This document shows positions 11,101-20,142 of a stretch of DNA of 48,858 bases, piece by piece. The position numbers and the translations under genes were made by a program. The stretch is from NCBI GenBank assembly GCA_048940445.1, contig JBHLON010000027.1, positions 1 to 48,858 of the forward strand. Direction: 5' to 3'. Positions within the stretch are counted from its first letter, which is position 1. Each line of letters opens with the position of its first letter. This stretch comes from Promethearchaeota archaeon. Lineage in GTDB: Archaea > Asgardarchaeota > Lokiarchaeia > Sigyniarchaeales > SOKP01. The notes under the pieces were generated by a model. That model was not told the DNA's origin. It did not search any database and saw nothing but the letters and a program-made list of their open reading frames with translations.

Positions 11101-11488
11101 AGCACCAATAATTATTATAAATGCACCAGAAGCTGCAGATGAGTTTACCAGCTATGCTCCTATTTATGATATCACTATTCAAGAGGCTAATTTAGATACT
11201 ATGTGGTATACCATTGATAATGGGATCACAAATTTTACGATCACTCTCTATAGTGGAACGATCGATGAAACCGCATGGTTTTCTTTACCAAATGGGCAAG
11301 TTACGATTTATTTTTATGCGAATGACACTTTAGGAGATATAGGGAGTTCATATGTAATAGTGTTTAAAAATGAACCGATCACCCCACCACCAGAAATCCC
11401 TGGAGCTAATCCTATTTTAATATTAGTAATATTATCCATTGGAATAGCTGGGTTAATTTGGCAGTTTAAAAATAAAAAATTAAAATAA
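8141..11488 (+). CDS. Surface protein: family-5 SBP + NosD/CASH-type beta-helix + two Ig-like domains + Loki-CTERM-type anchor; likely start ATG 8150
   Basis: SBP domain most similar to gene 952-3084; beta-helix similar to gene 3277-8043; two P.I.I..P...WYT...G..I.FYAN repeats; PPPEIPG-TM-KNKKLK. Confidence 0.9.
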   Translation: MIKMMKKLKSQGYLYLLLIILVSCNIGTFNPESGEKTLEKTDNTLLKLKSNQVSEPFIVGVSSGPHSIDPINSWDSASDNVIVQVCEGLFQYNLSDPSMPRVNHLAESYWWKDDTTLQIKLREGIFFHDTYPFKAIEAAWNINRILYFTNSSGTLPGNMTIADPSSLYYFPDGTPIINSVATVSEYNITITLNNPYGPFLDLLCFPSSYMVSPYSTPADDYIDLYTGDLVGTGPFIYNGYTPNVEVNFTAFDTYWQGKADINDMTFLVLLDSVSRSNAMLNHEIDYLQGPIPSMFPTFEADPSITVMKFTDTYGVPSLTYNYLGMNNMLINLSWRKAISYAINYTYIIKELMNDLAIRANSPISPAFGAAYNASVAAADYDLATARQVLVDAGIAPGYPVNSDPNDPTWLAANLLTINYTYNLGNKFREDMYDALHNWLSAIGIFVEDDGTTWSDFLMKLYVYPDKLGLYWSAWIPDFKDPYNLLDALFSPWSAGNSAQVNDAKLNSMMATALATVDDPARNAIYKNIQSYLAERLYPHCFGFHPKITEVHSSRLSNVPYNAFLRLYFYPCKWTLPFHIYIDDSDPNYDWSKTALENDWCTGSGSWGDPYVISNLEINGINLVDCIEIKNSNAYFELRNCTIHQALQYGIKLSNTNNSLIYNNSIYDNPIGGLYAEYSNNHSIYDNKFWNITNGYNGYGIMLFFSNHCDVFHNTITFNFAGIASGYNFDSHIFENTVRNNTLGIVTGYGSNTTIELNDVISSTLHGIVLQETNETIVKNNLIMHNNYTGIYLIGYTTGNNYNTITSNQIYNNRLGVGLNYLSDHNVIYLNEFIGNTINAQDNGTLNAWDNGEIGNSWDDYVGVDANDDGIGDTPYLIEGTAGSMDNFPIYEDGVDLAPVITIISPNPSDVFGTQAPYFEIDIESVALNSTWYTVNHGVNITFLGSSGYLDTTEWSGLGNGTVIITFYANNSKGVIGIAEVIVYKDILAPIIIINAPEAADEFTSYAPIYDITIQEANLDTMWYTIDNGITNFTITLYSGTIDETAWFSLPNGQVTIYFYANDTLGDIGSSYVIVFKNEPITPPPEIPGANPILILVILSIGIAGLIWQFKNKKLK

Positions 11489-11489
11489 C

Positions 11490-11498
11490 TTTTTTTTT
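11490..11498 (+). terminator. Poly-T archaeal terminator
   Basis: 9 T just after the stop at 11488. Confidence 0.55.
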
Positions 11499-11652
11499 CC
11501 AATTTTTTAAAAGAAGAATAAGTAATTCATCTATATCGTTTTTTATATTTAATAACTTCCTCATGATTTCACTTTTTATTCAGCCTTTAAACTTTTATAA
11601 ATGATTGAAGCACTGTTCACTCTATGTTTAAATTTATAAACCTCATATTCTA

Positions 11653-12840
11653 ATGTTAAAAACAAACTCATTTTATACAAAGTTTGGTGAATTTGTCAAA
11701 AATCAAAATCCAGAACTTACAATATTTATTCACGCTAGTGATCTTCATTTAGGGAGTCATCAATATAGAAATTGTTTTCGAGCAGATGACTTTATTAATG
11801 CCTTTCAACAAATTTTAGAAATTTGTATTTCATATCAGGCTGATTTTATTTTATTGGGAGGAGATGTTTTTACTTCTTTGGAAATGCTACCGGGAAAACT
11901 ACTCAAAATTATAAAGATACTAAAAGAATTTAAAGAATTTACCAAGGGAATGATCTCAATTATTGCAATAGAAGGAAATCATGATATTCGTAGATTTTCA
12001 CGGGGAGTAAGATTTTCTAAACGTGGACAATCATGGTTAAAACTCATATCTAATTTAGGTTTATTGGTACTGCTTGATGGTGATTTAGAATCCTTACCAA
12101 CTTCAGTTTACCCAACATATAACTTTAACTATAACAAAGGTGGTAAAATTAGAATTAAAAATGTTGTTATTTATGGCAATCATTATCTTGGTGAAAATCC
12201 AGCGGATTATGTTCAGAAAATCGCAAAAGCTATAGAAAAAGAAAAAGATTTGTTTTGTGTTCTTTTACAGCACTTTGGCATTGAAGGCCAAATGGAAAAT
12301 GTGCCAGGCATTAAATTAAGTAAGCTTTATCCATTGAGAGAAAAAGTTGACTATTTAGCATTAGGTCATTATCATTTACAATTTATTCTAGATAATTGGG
12401 TATATAATCCTGGTTCCTCCGAAGCTGTATGTTCCGTTGATTCAAAATTTAGACGAGGTATTTTTATTGTCAAAGTAAGGGGAAATAGTAGCACTTTTGC
12501 AAAGGAGGTTTACCCTATTCAATTAATTAATAGGAAATCTATTTGGAAAACACTTTATTTACCTTATCCATTTAAAACACAGAAAGAGATGATGATTTTT
12601 ATAACAAATAGACTAGAATCTGAGTTGAATTATTTAGATAAAAGTTGTAACGACCTTTCAAATCCTAAAGTACCAATACTATATCTTGTATTGAAGGGAA
12701 GAAAATCATTATTACATGGAAAATTCAATGAAAAAGAACTAAAAGAAGAATTAATGAAGGCACTTCCGATTGTAGATTTAGGGGTATATCAAAAATATTA
12801 TGAATCTGTCAAAACTTTGAATCAATTTCTTTATTTCTGA
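11653..12840 (+). CDS. Mre11/SbcD-family metallophosphoesterase (DNA repair nuclease)
   Basis: Calcineurin-like motifs SDLHLG, GGDVF, GNHD, HF, LGHYH, NPGS. Confidence 0.8.
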   Translation: MLKTNSFYTKFGEFVKNQNPELTIFIHASDLHLGSHQYRNCFRADDFINAFQQILEICISYQADFILLGGDVFTSLEMLPGKLLKIIKILKEFKEFTKGMISIIAIEGNHDIRRFSRGVRFSKRGQSWLKLISNLGLLVLLDGDLESLPTSVYPTYNFNYNKGGKIRIKNVVIYGNHYLGENPADYVQKIAKAIEKEKDLFCVLLQHFGIEGQMENVPGIKLSKLYPLREKVDYLALGHYHLQFILDNWVYNPGSSEAVCSVDSKFRRGIFIVKVRGNSSTFAKEVYPIQLINRKSIWKTLYLPYPFKTQKEMMIFITNRLESELNYLDKSCNDLSNPKVPILYLVLKGRKSLLHGKFNEKELKEELMKALPIVDLGVYQKYYESVKTLNQFLYF

Positions 12841-12884
12841 TTTTAATTATAAGTTTTTAAACTAAAATAATTAAAAATATAATT

Positions 12885-14489
12885 ATGAAATTAAAAATCT
12901 TTATAAAGAAAAACAAGTTCTTCAGTGTCTTAACCTCGCTTTTTGCTTTCTGGATAATATTTTTAGTGGTTTTAACTATCACGAGTCAAAAAAATGTTAT
13001 ATTTTGGGAAAATATCTCCAACATAGATGTTTCCTCCGATTATTCGATCATATTGCCTGTATCACGGTATATTTTAGAGCCTATTGCTCAATTATCATTC
13101 ATAATAGAAATGGAATTCACTTGGATGTTTCTTTTTTTCATATCATATCCCATCTTGCGTATACTTTATTTAATTTTACGGAAAAAAGGGAGATTTCGAT
13201 CTCAAAAGTATAATTTACTCAAAATTCTGTTGTCAGATATCATAAAATTCTCTTTTAAGGTTCTAATAACCACAATATTAATTATAGGGTTAATTATGTT
13301 ATTTGGTTATTTAATTCAAGGGTATTACTTTATTAGTAGATATTTTATGATTCCAGTTCAAATTGGAGTGCATTTATGTATTATCCTTATTGTTATTAAG
13401 ACTTTCTACGTTTTACTTAAATTATTTCATCCAAGGCTACAATTTAACTATTCTAAAAGAAAAATTAAATCAAATAAAAAAAAAAAGTTAAAAAATGTTA
13501 AAAAAGAGTTAATATATTTAATTGGGATAGGTTCTATTCTCTTGGGGGTTAATATTGTACTCATCTCGATCCCTTTTCCTACCCAAAAAATTGTACCTAC
13601 AGTTCAACTTGAAGATAATGAATTTCTCTTTGATTTCCACGTTCATACGATTTATTCCGATGGTTGGTTCACTCCTGAAAAGAGAGTATTATGGTATATA
13701 GAGCAAGGGATTTCAGGAGCTGCATTCTCAGATCATGATAATATCAGGGGAGCCTTATTAGCTCAAAAATTTGTTGATGATAATGAACTAAATTTTTTAG
13801 TCTTCATGGCTGAAGAATGGACTGATAATGATAATGACATTCATATGAATTATTATGGTGTAGCAGAAGAGTTGATACCTATTCAATACTATATTCCCGG
13901 AGGACCTCTAGCTCTAAATATTTCAGATACAATAGATTATGTGAAAAGTCACGGAGGCTATATTACAGTAAATCATTATAATTTCGATCCAAATCCTAAT
14001 GGAGGGTATGGAGTTCCCTATAGTTTGACTCAATTACGTGATTGGGGTGTAGATGGCTTTGAAATTATTAATGGAGGCAGTTATGGAGGGAAATATCAAA
14101 ACATAAGTGAATTTTGTCAAGACAACAACCTAATATGTATTGGAGGAAGCGACATTCATACTAATGAACCATTAAATACGTTTGTGAAGATAAAATTAAC
14201 TGATCCTTCCAATCTAACAATTGTAAATATCTTCGAGGCTATGAAAAACAATACAAATCAAGAAGTTATTGCAATCGATCTAAATCCAAAAATTGTTGAC
14301 TTTCCTAATGATTTAAATGATCTTGGGTTCTACATATTCGAAGATTTCATCAATTATTTTCTTAATATGGATATTTATCAATGTATCTCTTGGATGGTCT
14401 GGTCAGGATTGATATATCTAATCATATTCCTAATTTATAGAAAAATTAAAAAAGTAAATCTAGATGTACTAAAACGAAAAATTAGCTAA
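12885..14489 (+). CDS. Multi-pass membrane protein with PHP-family phosphoesterase domain
   Basis: About 5 N-terminal hydrophobic segments; DFHVHT..SDG, SDHD, NH, GGSDIH PHP motifs; C-terminal TM + basic tail. Confidence 0.8.
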   Translation: MKLKIFIKKNKFFSVLTSLFAFWIIFLVVLTITSQKNVIFWENISNIDVSSDYSIILPVSRYILEPIAQLSFIIEMEFTWMFLFFISYPILRILYLILRKKGRFRSQKYNLLKILLSDIIKFSFKVLITTILIIGLIMLFGYLIQGYYFISRYFMIPVQIGVHLCIILIVIKTFYVLLKLFHPRLQFNYSKRKIKSNKKKKLKNVKKELIYLIGIGSILLGVNIVLISIPFPTQKIVPTVQLEDNEFLFDFHVHTIYSDGWFTPEKRVLWYIEQGISGAAFSDHDNIRGALLAQKFVDDNELNFLVFMAEEWTDNDNDIHMNYYGVAEELIPIQYYIPGGPLALNISDTIDYVKSHGGYITVNHYNFDPNPNGGYGVPYSLTQLRDWGVDGFEIINGGSYGGKYQNISEFCQDNNLICIGGSDIHTNEPLNTFVKIKLTDPSNLTIVNIFEAMKNNTNQEVIAIDLNPKIVDFPNDLNDLGFYIFEDFINYFLNMDIYQCISWMVWSGLIYLIIFLIYRKIKKVNLDVLKRKIS

Positions 14490-14512
14490 AAGTTTTTTAA
14501 CAACCTTCTACT

Positions 14513-14968
14513 TTAAATGTAATAAAAATTCTTATCATCATCGTATTTATCTTTGTCATCATCATTATCATCATCATCATCATTCAGAAATCTCTTTGAA
14601 AGAAATTTTAAAAACTCTTCTGGATCCATATCAGGATCTAAATCTTTGATATCATTTAGATTAATTGGAATAATCCCTCCATTCTTTAATGATATGGCTT
14701 TTGCTTTAATTTCTCTTTCTAATTTTTCTTGTCTTTTAGTATTTGAAGCTAATTCTTTTTTCATTAGATCTCTTAGTTGATCCGCAACGAGTTCTTCTAA
14801 TTCCTCTGGAGTTAAACCCAGAAGCATTTCTACGCTATATAATTTGGTAAGCTTTTTCAAAGCTTTCTCTTTTTTAGATTCTGGTATTTGTCTGATTGAT
14901 TTTAAACCAAGAATGTTTAATATATTCAGCCAATCCAATTGATGAGTCCAAGCTTCTTCTTCTGGCAT
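14513..14968 (-). CDS. Hypothetical protein with acidic (poly-Asp) C-terminus
   Basis: 151-aa ORF filling the gap between genes; charged helical composition. Confidence 0.7.
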   Translation of the reverse strand: MPEEEAWTHQLDWLNILNILGLKSIRQIPESKKEKALKKLTKLYSVEMLLGLTPEELEELVADQLRDLMKKELASNTKRQEKLEREIKAKAISLKNGGIIPINLNDIKDLDPDMDPEEFLKFLSKRFLNDDDDDNDDDKDKYDDDKNFYYI

Positions 14969-15140
14969 TTTTTTATAAGAAGTTAATTTTCAATTTTTGA
15001 AATTTTAGATTGTTGTTAAATGTTTATCTTTTTCCTTATGAAAAAAATAGAATAATAATTGTTATAAATTTATGGTTTGTAATCTATTAAAGTTTTAGAT
15101 ACTTTGATTTAGAGGATAAAAGAAAATTTATTAATAGATT

Positions 15141-15992
15141 TTAATTTTTAAAAAAATTCTTGAAGTGTGAAATAACCACTTCTGGTTGATCATGAATGAT
15201 CCAATGAGAAGCATTTTCTACCCTAAGAATCCTTACATCTTTCACATAATCGGATAATCCGTTCAAATTTTGAGGTAAAACCGCTTTATCTTGCATACCA
15301 TGTATCACTAATGTAGGAACATCAATAATGCCTGTTAATTTATCAAAATTAGTATTTGCTCTATAATAATTTACTCCACTTAATATTGCATCTGGTTGAG
15401 ACCAAGCTTGTATATATTTTTGCTTGGTAAAATCATCAAAAGCGTGTTTATTTTTTGCAGTTCCAAAAACAGCCGCTTTTAATGCTTTAAAATTATCATC
15501 GAACAAATATTTCTCTCCTTGTGGTTTTTGAAATTCAAATATATAAAAACTAGCTTTTTGTTGTTCCTTATCAGTTACTAGGTTATGTTGAAATATTTTT
15601 GGGTGAGGTCCATTTAAAATAGCTAACTTTCTTACCATCTCAGGGTACTTTTCTGTGAAAGCCCATGCAATAACAGCCCCCCAATCATGTGCTGCTAAAT
15701 AGAAACTTTTCAGATTTAATTCTTTACCTAAATCTCTTATATCTTCCACCAAAATATCAAGCACATAATTTTCCTTTCCTTGAGGCTTGTCAGACAAATT
15801 ATAACCTCGCATATCAGGAATAATTAACCTATAAAACTTTTTAAGTTCTGGAATTACTGGAGCCCATCCAAACCAAAAATCTGGAAATCCATGGAGTAAA
15901 ATTAATGGTGATCCTTTTCCAATAAATATAGTGTGTAACTTTACGCCATTGGTCTCTATATATTTCTCTTCTAATTCATCTAATTCTTTCAT
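15141..15992 (-). CDS. Alpha/beta hydrolase, epoxide hydrolase/dehalogenase-like
   Basis: LLHGFPD, PDMRGYNLSDKP, HDWG (Asp nucleophile), C-terminal SHW. Confidence 0.9.
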   Translation of the reverse strand: MKELDELEEKYIETNGVKLHTIFIGKGSPLILLHGFPDFWFGWAPVIPELKKFYRLIIPDMRGYNLSDKPQGKENYVLDILVEDIRDLGKELNLKSFYLAAHDWGAVIAWAFTEKYPEMVRKLAILNGPHPKIFQHNLVTDKEQQKASFYIFEFQKPQGEKYLFDDNFKALKAAVFGTAKNKHAFDDFTKQKYIQAWSQPDAILSGVNYYRANTNFDKLTGIIDVPTLVIHGMQDKAVLPQNLNGLSDYVKDVRILRVENASHWIIHDQPEVVISHFKNFFKN

Positions 15993-16291
15993 TTTACTAG
16001 AAATTTGATTATTTTATCACTCTATAAGCAATTTATCTTTATTAAAAATTATAATGCTTAGTGTTTATCTTTTACTAAATTAATGTCTATTGATTAAATT
16101 ATGTAATTAAAGCAATTAAAGAGTAAGAATTAAATGTATGTATTCTGAATTGGAGTGAAGTATGGGTTAACTGATCGATATTCTCCAATATTACCATGAA
16201 TTTTTACCCATAAATTGGATTAATTAATGGTCTATGAATGATTAATATTTTAAATTGAATAAAAATAATTATTTAAAATAAAAAAAAGTAG

Positions 16292-16528
16292 ATGGAGTTT
16301 TTGAATAATCCTATTCCAGTAACTATTGCACTAGAAATTTGTGAATTGGTACGAGAGAGGAACAAAAACAAAAAGTTTAGCTTCGGAAAAGGTCAATGCT
16401 GGGGATGTATGAAGTTTTCTATTAAAAAAGAGGATATAAAAGCAAGATGTATTTTTAGCTCAGAAGATAATAGAGGATGTCAATTAGTAAATAGAATTTA
16501 TGATAATGAATATAATATCATGGAATAG
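16292..16528 (+). CDS. Small Cys-rich hypothetical protein
   Basis: 78 aa, five Cys including CWGC; ATG start. Confidence 0.65.
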   Translation: MEFLNNPIPVTIALEICELVRERNKNKKFSFGKGQCWGCMKFSIKKEDIKARCIFSSEDNRGCQLVNRIYDNEYNIME

Positions 16529-16590
16529 ATTAATGTAAATAATAAAAAGAAACAATAAAATAATATTAACAAAATATATTTAAAGTTGCT

Positions 16591-16800
16591 CTATTCAAAA
16601 TAATTTCTGAATGATTCCTCAAAATCATCAACAGATTCACTGTTCACTTCGGCAAATTTATAATGACCATGTGGAAGTTTTTCCTTTTTGTTAAAATGTT
16701 TCTTAAGAGAACTCTCAAAATCACTCGCGCTCATACTCTTTTCTTCAGCAAATTTGATTTCACCAAAGTATTTCAGATATTCTGGATCTGGTTTACTCAT
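16591..16800 (-). CDS. Small hypothetical protein
   Basis: 69-aa ATG ORF with protein-like composition, convergent on the previous gene. Confidence 0.55.
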   Translation of the reverse strand: MSKPDPEYLKYFGEIKFAEEKSMSASDFESSLKKHFNKKEKLPHGHYKFAEVNSESVDDFEESFRNYFE

Positions 16801-17248
16801 TTTTTTATCACAATTATGTTTTATTCAAATGTTTGTTTAATCAAATAAATATTAACATAAATAAATCAAATTCGACTATTTAAATATTTTCATACAATTA
16901 AACTTATGAAAAAAATTTCTTCGGAAAAGATTCCCACTTATCTTATATTAAACTTTTAAGGAAGCTTGTTATTTTTATTAATTTGAAACAATGTTACTTT
17001 ATTATTTCCGATGATAAGATCAACTTCGACAAAAATAATTAGCTAATAATAATAAACCCATTTCGAATCTGGAAGATTTTACATCATTTGAGAGAAACGA
17101 ATTTTACATTTTAGCCAAATAAATTATTAGTTTTTATAGAATTGTTTAGAAAAATTATAATCGAAACAATAGCCCAAAAATCATAAATAGTAGAGAAAAA
17201 ATTTATTATAAAAGATTGAAATTTTAAAACTTTAGCTAGGGCAATGGA

Positions 17249-18193
17249 ATGACACGGAAAGTAGAGAATAAAACTTATTTAAAATATTTATTGCAATCAC
17301 TAAACTTAGATGAATTAAAGCAGATTTGTCGAGATTTTAAGATAAAAGGATATTCAAAATGGAAAAAAGTAGAATTAATCGAGAACCTCTTGAGTTTTTT
17401 ATCCATTGAAGAAATAGAAGCACTAATAAAAGAAAAGGAAATGGATATTATTTCAAATTCGATATATGATGCAATAAATATAATTAAAGGTAAGGGTAGA
17501 GAAAAAATAAGTGAGATTAGAATTATTAATGAAGAAGATCATATAGTTGAATTGGACTTCAAAGGTTTTAACTGGGATACATCTTCCTTCTTATCTATTA
17601 ACGCACAAAATATTGATAATCCTGAGAGAGACTGTGATTGCCGAGTCGGCGCTAACATGGGACTGTGCAGTCATTTTTGGGTTGGATTTATATTGTCATT
17701 AAAAAATAATTATTTCAGCCTATCAGATTGGAATTTAACTCTATTACCAGATAATTTTGAAGAAATTATTCAATCAATAGAAATATCGACTATACCTACC
17801 GAAAATGAGGAAGAACAATTAACTCTGGTAGATTCTAGTTCTGATAATGTTCAATATATGAAATATTTAGATCAAAGTATCACTATTTATGAAGGAGAAA
17901 TTTCTAAAATCGAGACGAAAACCCAACAATTTCAAGAAATTGAAACGACTTATTATTTAATATCTTTAGTTAATGTGAAAATTGGGCCCCGTATTCAGAA
18001 AAAAAGAGATTTTAAGGAGGAAGACGTTGACTCTCTGGATGAATTAAGTATTCGAATAAGTGATAAATTACATGAAGAGATGAAATTGAAAGAAGGAGAT
18101 AAAATAACTGTGAATGGTAGAATGTCCAGAGACGACTTTTTAAACTTATTTATTGTTAAAAACATACGAAAAGTTACTAAAGTTAACAGTTAA
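17249..18193 (+). CDS. Protein with N-terminal Rho-N/SAP-like HeH, SWIM zinc finger and C-terminal OB-like domain
   Basis: L..ELK.IC....IKGYSK.KK.ELI; CDC-x9-CSH; beta-rich C-terminus with EGDKITVNG. Confidence 0.6.
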   Translation: MTRKVENKTYLKYLLQSLNLDELKQICRDFKIKGYSKWKKVELIENLLSFLSIEEIEALIKEKEMDIISNSIYDAINIIKGKGREKISEIRIINEEDHIVELDFKGFNWDTSSFLSINAQNIDNPERDCDCRVGANMGLCSHFWVGFILSLKNNYFSLSDWNLTLLPDNFEEIIQSIEISTIPTENEEEQLTLVDSSSDNVQYMKYLDQSITIYEGEISKIETKTQQFQEIETTYYLISLVNVKIGPRIQKKRDFKEEDVDSLDELSIRISDKLHEEMKLKEGDKITVNGRMSRDDFLNLFIVKNIRKVTKVNS

Positions 18194-18259
18194 TCTATAA
18201 AAAGTTAATTATATTAACTTTATTAATAATTTGTATTTATTAATGCCCCTACTAATCTG

Positions 18260-19651
18260 TTGTTATTTTATATGAACCGTATAAAATCTGGTTTTATTGA
18301 CAATTTAAATATGATTTTGGCGACTGACTTCTATCAATTAACGATGAGCGCTGCCTACTATCAGTATAATTTGGAAAATAATATAGATGAAAGCAATGAA
18401 GATGCCACTTTTGAATTATTTATAAGGCAATTTCCTAAGAATCGCAATTATTTAATCTTTGCTGGTTTGGAACCAGTAATATACTATCTTTCAAACACAA
18501 GATTTTCAGAGCGCACAGTAAACTTTCTAAAAGAAAAAGAAGTGTTTAAAAACATTGATTCAAGTTTTTTTAAAGATTATTTACCCAATTTTAAATTTAA
18601 ACTTAACGTATGGGCAATGAAAGAGGGTCAATTTTTCTTTCCAAACGAGCCAATAATACGCGTCCAAGGTCCAATTATTCACGCTCAATTAGCTGAAACA
18701 TATTTACTTAATGTAATTAATTATCAAACATTAGTAGCATCCAAAGCATCAAGAATAAGGAATATCGCTCCTAATAAAGTTCTTCTTGAATTTGGGACGA
18801 GAAGGTCCCATAGCCCACTTGCAGGAGTCTATGCTGCTAGAGCTAGTTATATTGCTGGTTTTGATGGTACTAGCAATGTGATTGCAGATCTAGAATTAGG
18901 AATTAATTCTAGTGGAACTATGGCGCATAGTTTTGTTCAAAGGTTTAATGATGAGAATGAAAGTTTTAATCTATATTGTAGACTTTATGGAAAAGATTCA
19001 ATTTTATTAATTGATACGTATGATACTGAGAAAGGTGCAAAAAAATCATGTAAATATGGAAATATTATGAAGGGAGTAAGAATAGATTCAGGTGATCTTA
19101 TTGAACATTCGAAAAAAGTTCGAAGAATTTTGGATAATAATGGTTGTAAAGATGTGATTATTGTTGCAAGTTCAGATTTAAATGAATATAAGATTGAAAA
19201 TATCGTTAAACAAAAAGCTCCTATAGATGCTTTCGGAGTAGGAACTGAATTAGTAACTTCAAGTGATGATCCTACCCTCTCAGGTGTTTATAAATTAATG
19301 GAATATAATGGAATACCAAAGATAAAAACTAGTGAAGAAAAGCTCACTTATCCTGGAATTAAACAAATTTTTAGGAGATACGATGTGAATGGAAGATTTA
19401 AAGAGGATATTTTAGCTTTAGAGAATGAAAAAAACCCTTCAAACTCAGAGCCATTACTGGTTCCTATTATGCAAAAAGGGAAAATTGTTTATAAATTCCC
19501 AAAATTAGATGAAATTCGCGATTATTACTTAAAAAATATTGAGAGGTTACCAGAGAATTATAAGTATTTAAATCGAAATCAACTTTTTGAACTGCAAATA
19601 TCTGATAAGTTACAAGCATTAACCAATTCATTGAAAGTTAAATATCAGTAA
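18260..19651 (+). CDS. pncB: Nicotinate phosphoribosyltransferase; likely start ATG 18272
   Basis: TDFYQLTM, EFGTRR, GTMAHSF, LIDTYD, VRIDSGDL, GVGT, GVYKL motifs. Confidence 0.95.
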   Translation: MLFYMNRIKSGFIDNLNMILATDFYQLTMSAAYYQYNLENNIDESNEDATFELFIRQFPKNRNYLIFAGLEPVIYYLSNTRFSERTVNFLKEKEVFKNIDSSFFKDYLPNFKFKLNVWAMKEGQFFFPNEPIIRVQGPIIHAQLAETYLLNVINYQTLVASKASRIRNIAPNKVLLEFGTRRSHSPLAGVYAARASYIAGFDGTSNVIADLELGINSSGTMAHSFVQRFNDENESFNLYCRLYGKDSILLIDTYDTEKGAKKSCKYGNIMKGVRIDSGDLIEHSKKVRRILDNNGCKDVIIVASSDLNEYKIENIVKQKAPIDAFGVGTELVTSSDDPTLSGVYKLMEYNGIPKIKTSEEKLTYPGIKQIFRRYDVNGRFKEDILALENEKNPSNSEPLLVPIMQKGKIVYKFPKLDEIRDYYLKNIERLPENYKYLNRNQLFELQISDKLQALTNSLKVKYQ

Positions 19652-19710
19652 ATCTTAAAATAATTTTATAGACTAAAAATTAAAATTTAAAATTTTCAAG
19701 GTTAAAAGAT

Positions 19711-19998
19711 ATGAGCGAACCTCCAAAATTAGGTTACAAAATTATAGGCACAATAAAAAATGTTAAAGGGACTTGCTCAGCAGGTCATAAAGTAGGGGAT
19801 AAAATAGAACTGAGTGGATATGATTCTGGAGGGTTATGTGGATTCTTTTACCATGATATCTTCCCATATATCATAATGCTGCAATTTGGGGGAAATTTTC
19901 CATCAGATTGGGGAGGAGACCCTGAAATAGTCGAAATTGGTTGCGTTGATAAAATAAATACAGTTACAATTGAATTAAGAAGATTAAAAGAAGAATAA
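19711..19998 (+). CDS. TIGR04076-family protein
   Basis: G.C.AGHKVGD...GLC..FYH..FPY...C.D pattern. Confidence 0.7.
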   Translation: MSEPPKLGYKIIGTIKNVKGTCSAGHKVGDKIELSGYDSGGLCGFFYHDIFPYIIMLQFGGNFPSDWGGDPEIVEIGCVDKINTVTIELRRLKEE

Positions 19999-20142
19999 AA
20001 TATTTAATTTTTAAAAGAAAAATAAACAACATTTTTTAATTAATATTTAATTTTAGTCAAATTTTTATTACCTCCTTCTAGTTTTTATCTAATACGAAAT
20101 ATTATTTTTGTAATAATATTGCTTAAGGAGTGAGGTCGATAT

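Noticed and set aside
14534-14585. (TCA)n microsatellite
   Set aside because: Imperfect and explained by the poly-Asp coding tail.
16149-16212. Short inverted repeats ATTGGAG/CTCCAAT and TATGGG/CCCATA, possible pseudoknot
   Set aside because: 6-7 bp arms are expected by chance; no other support.
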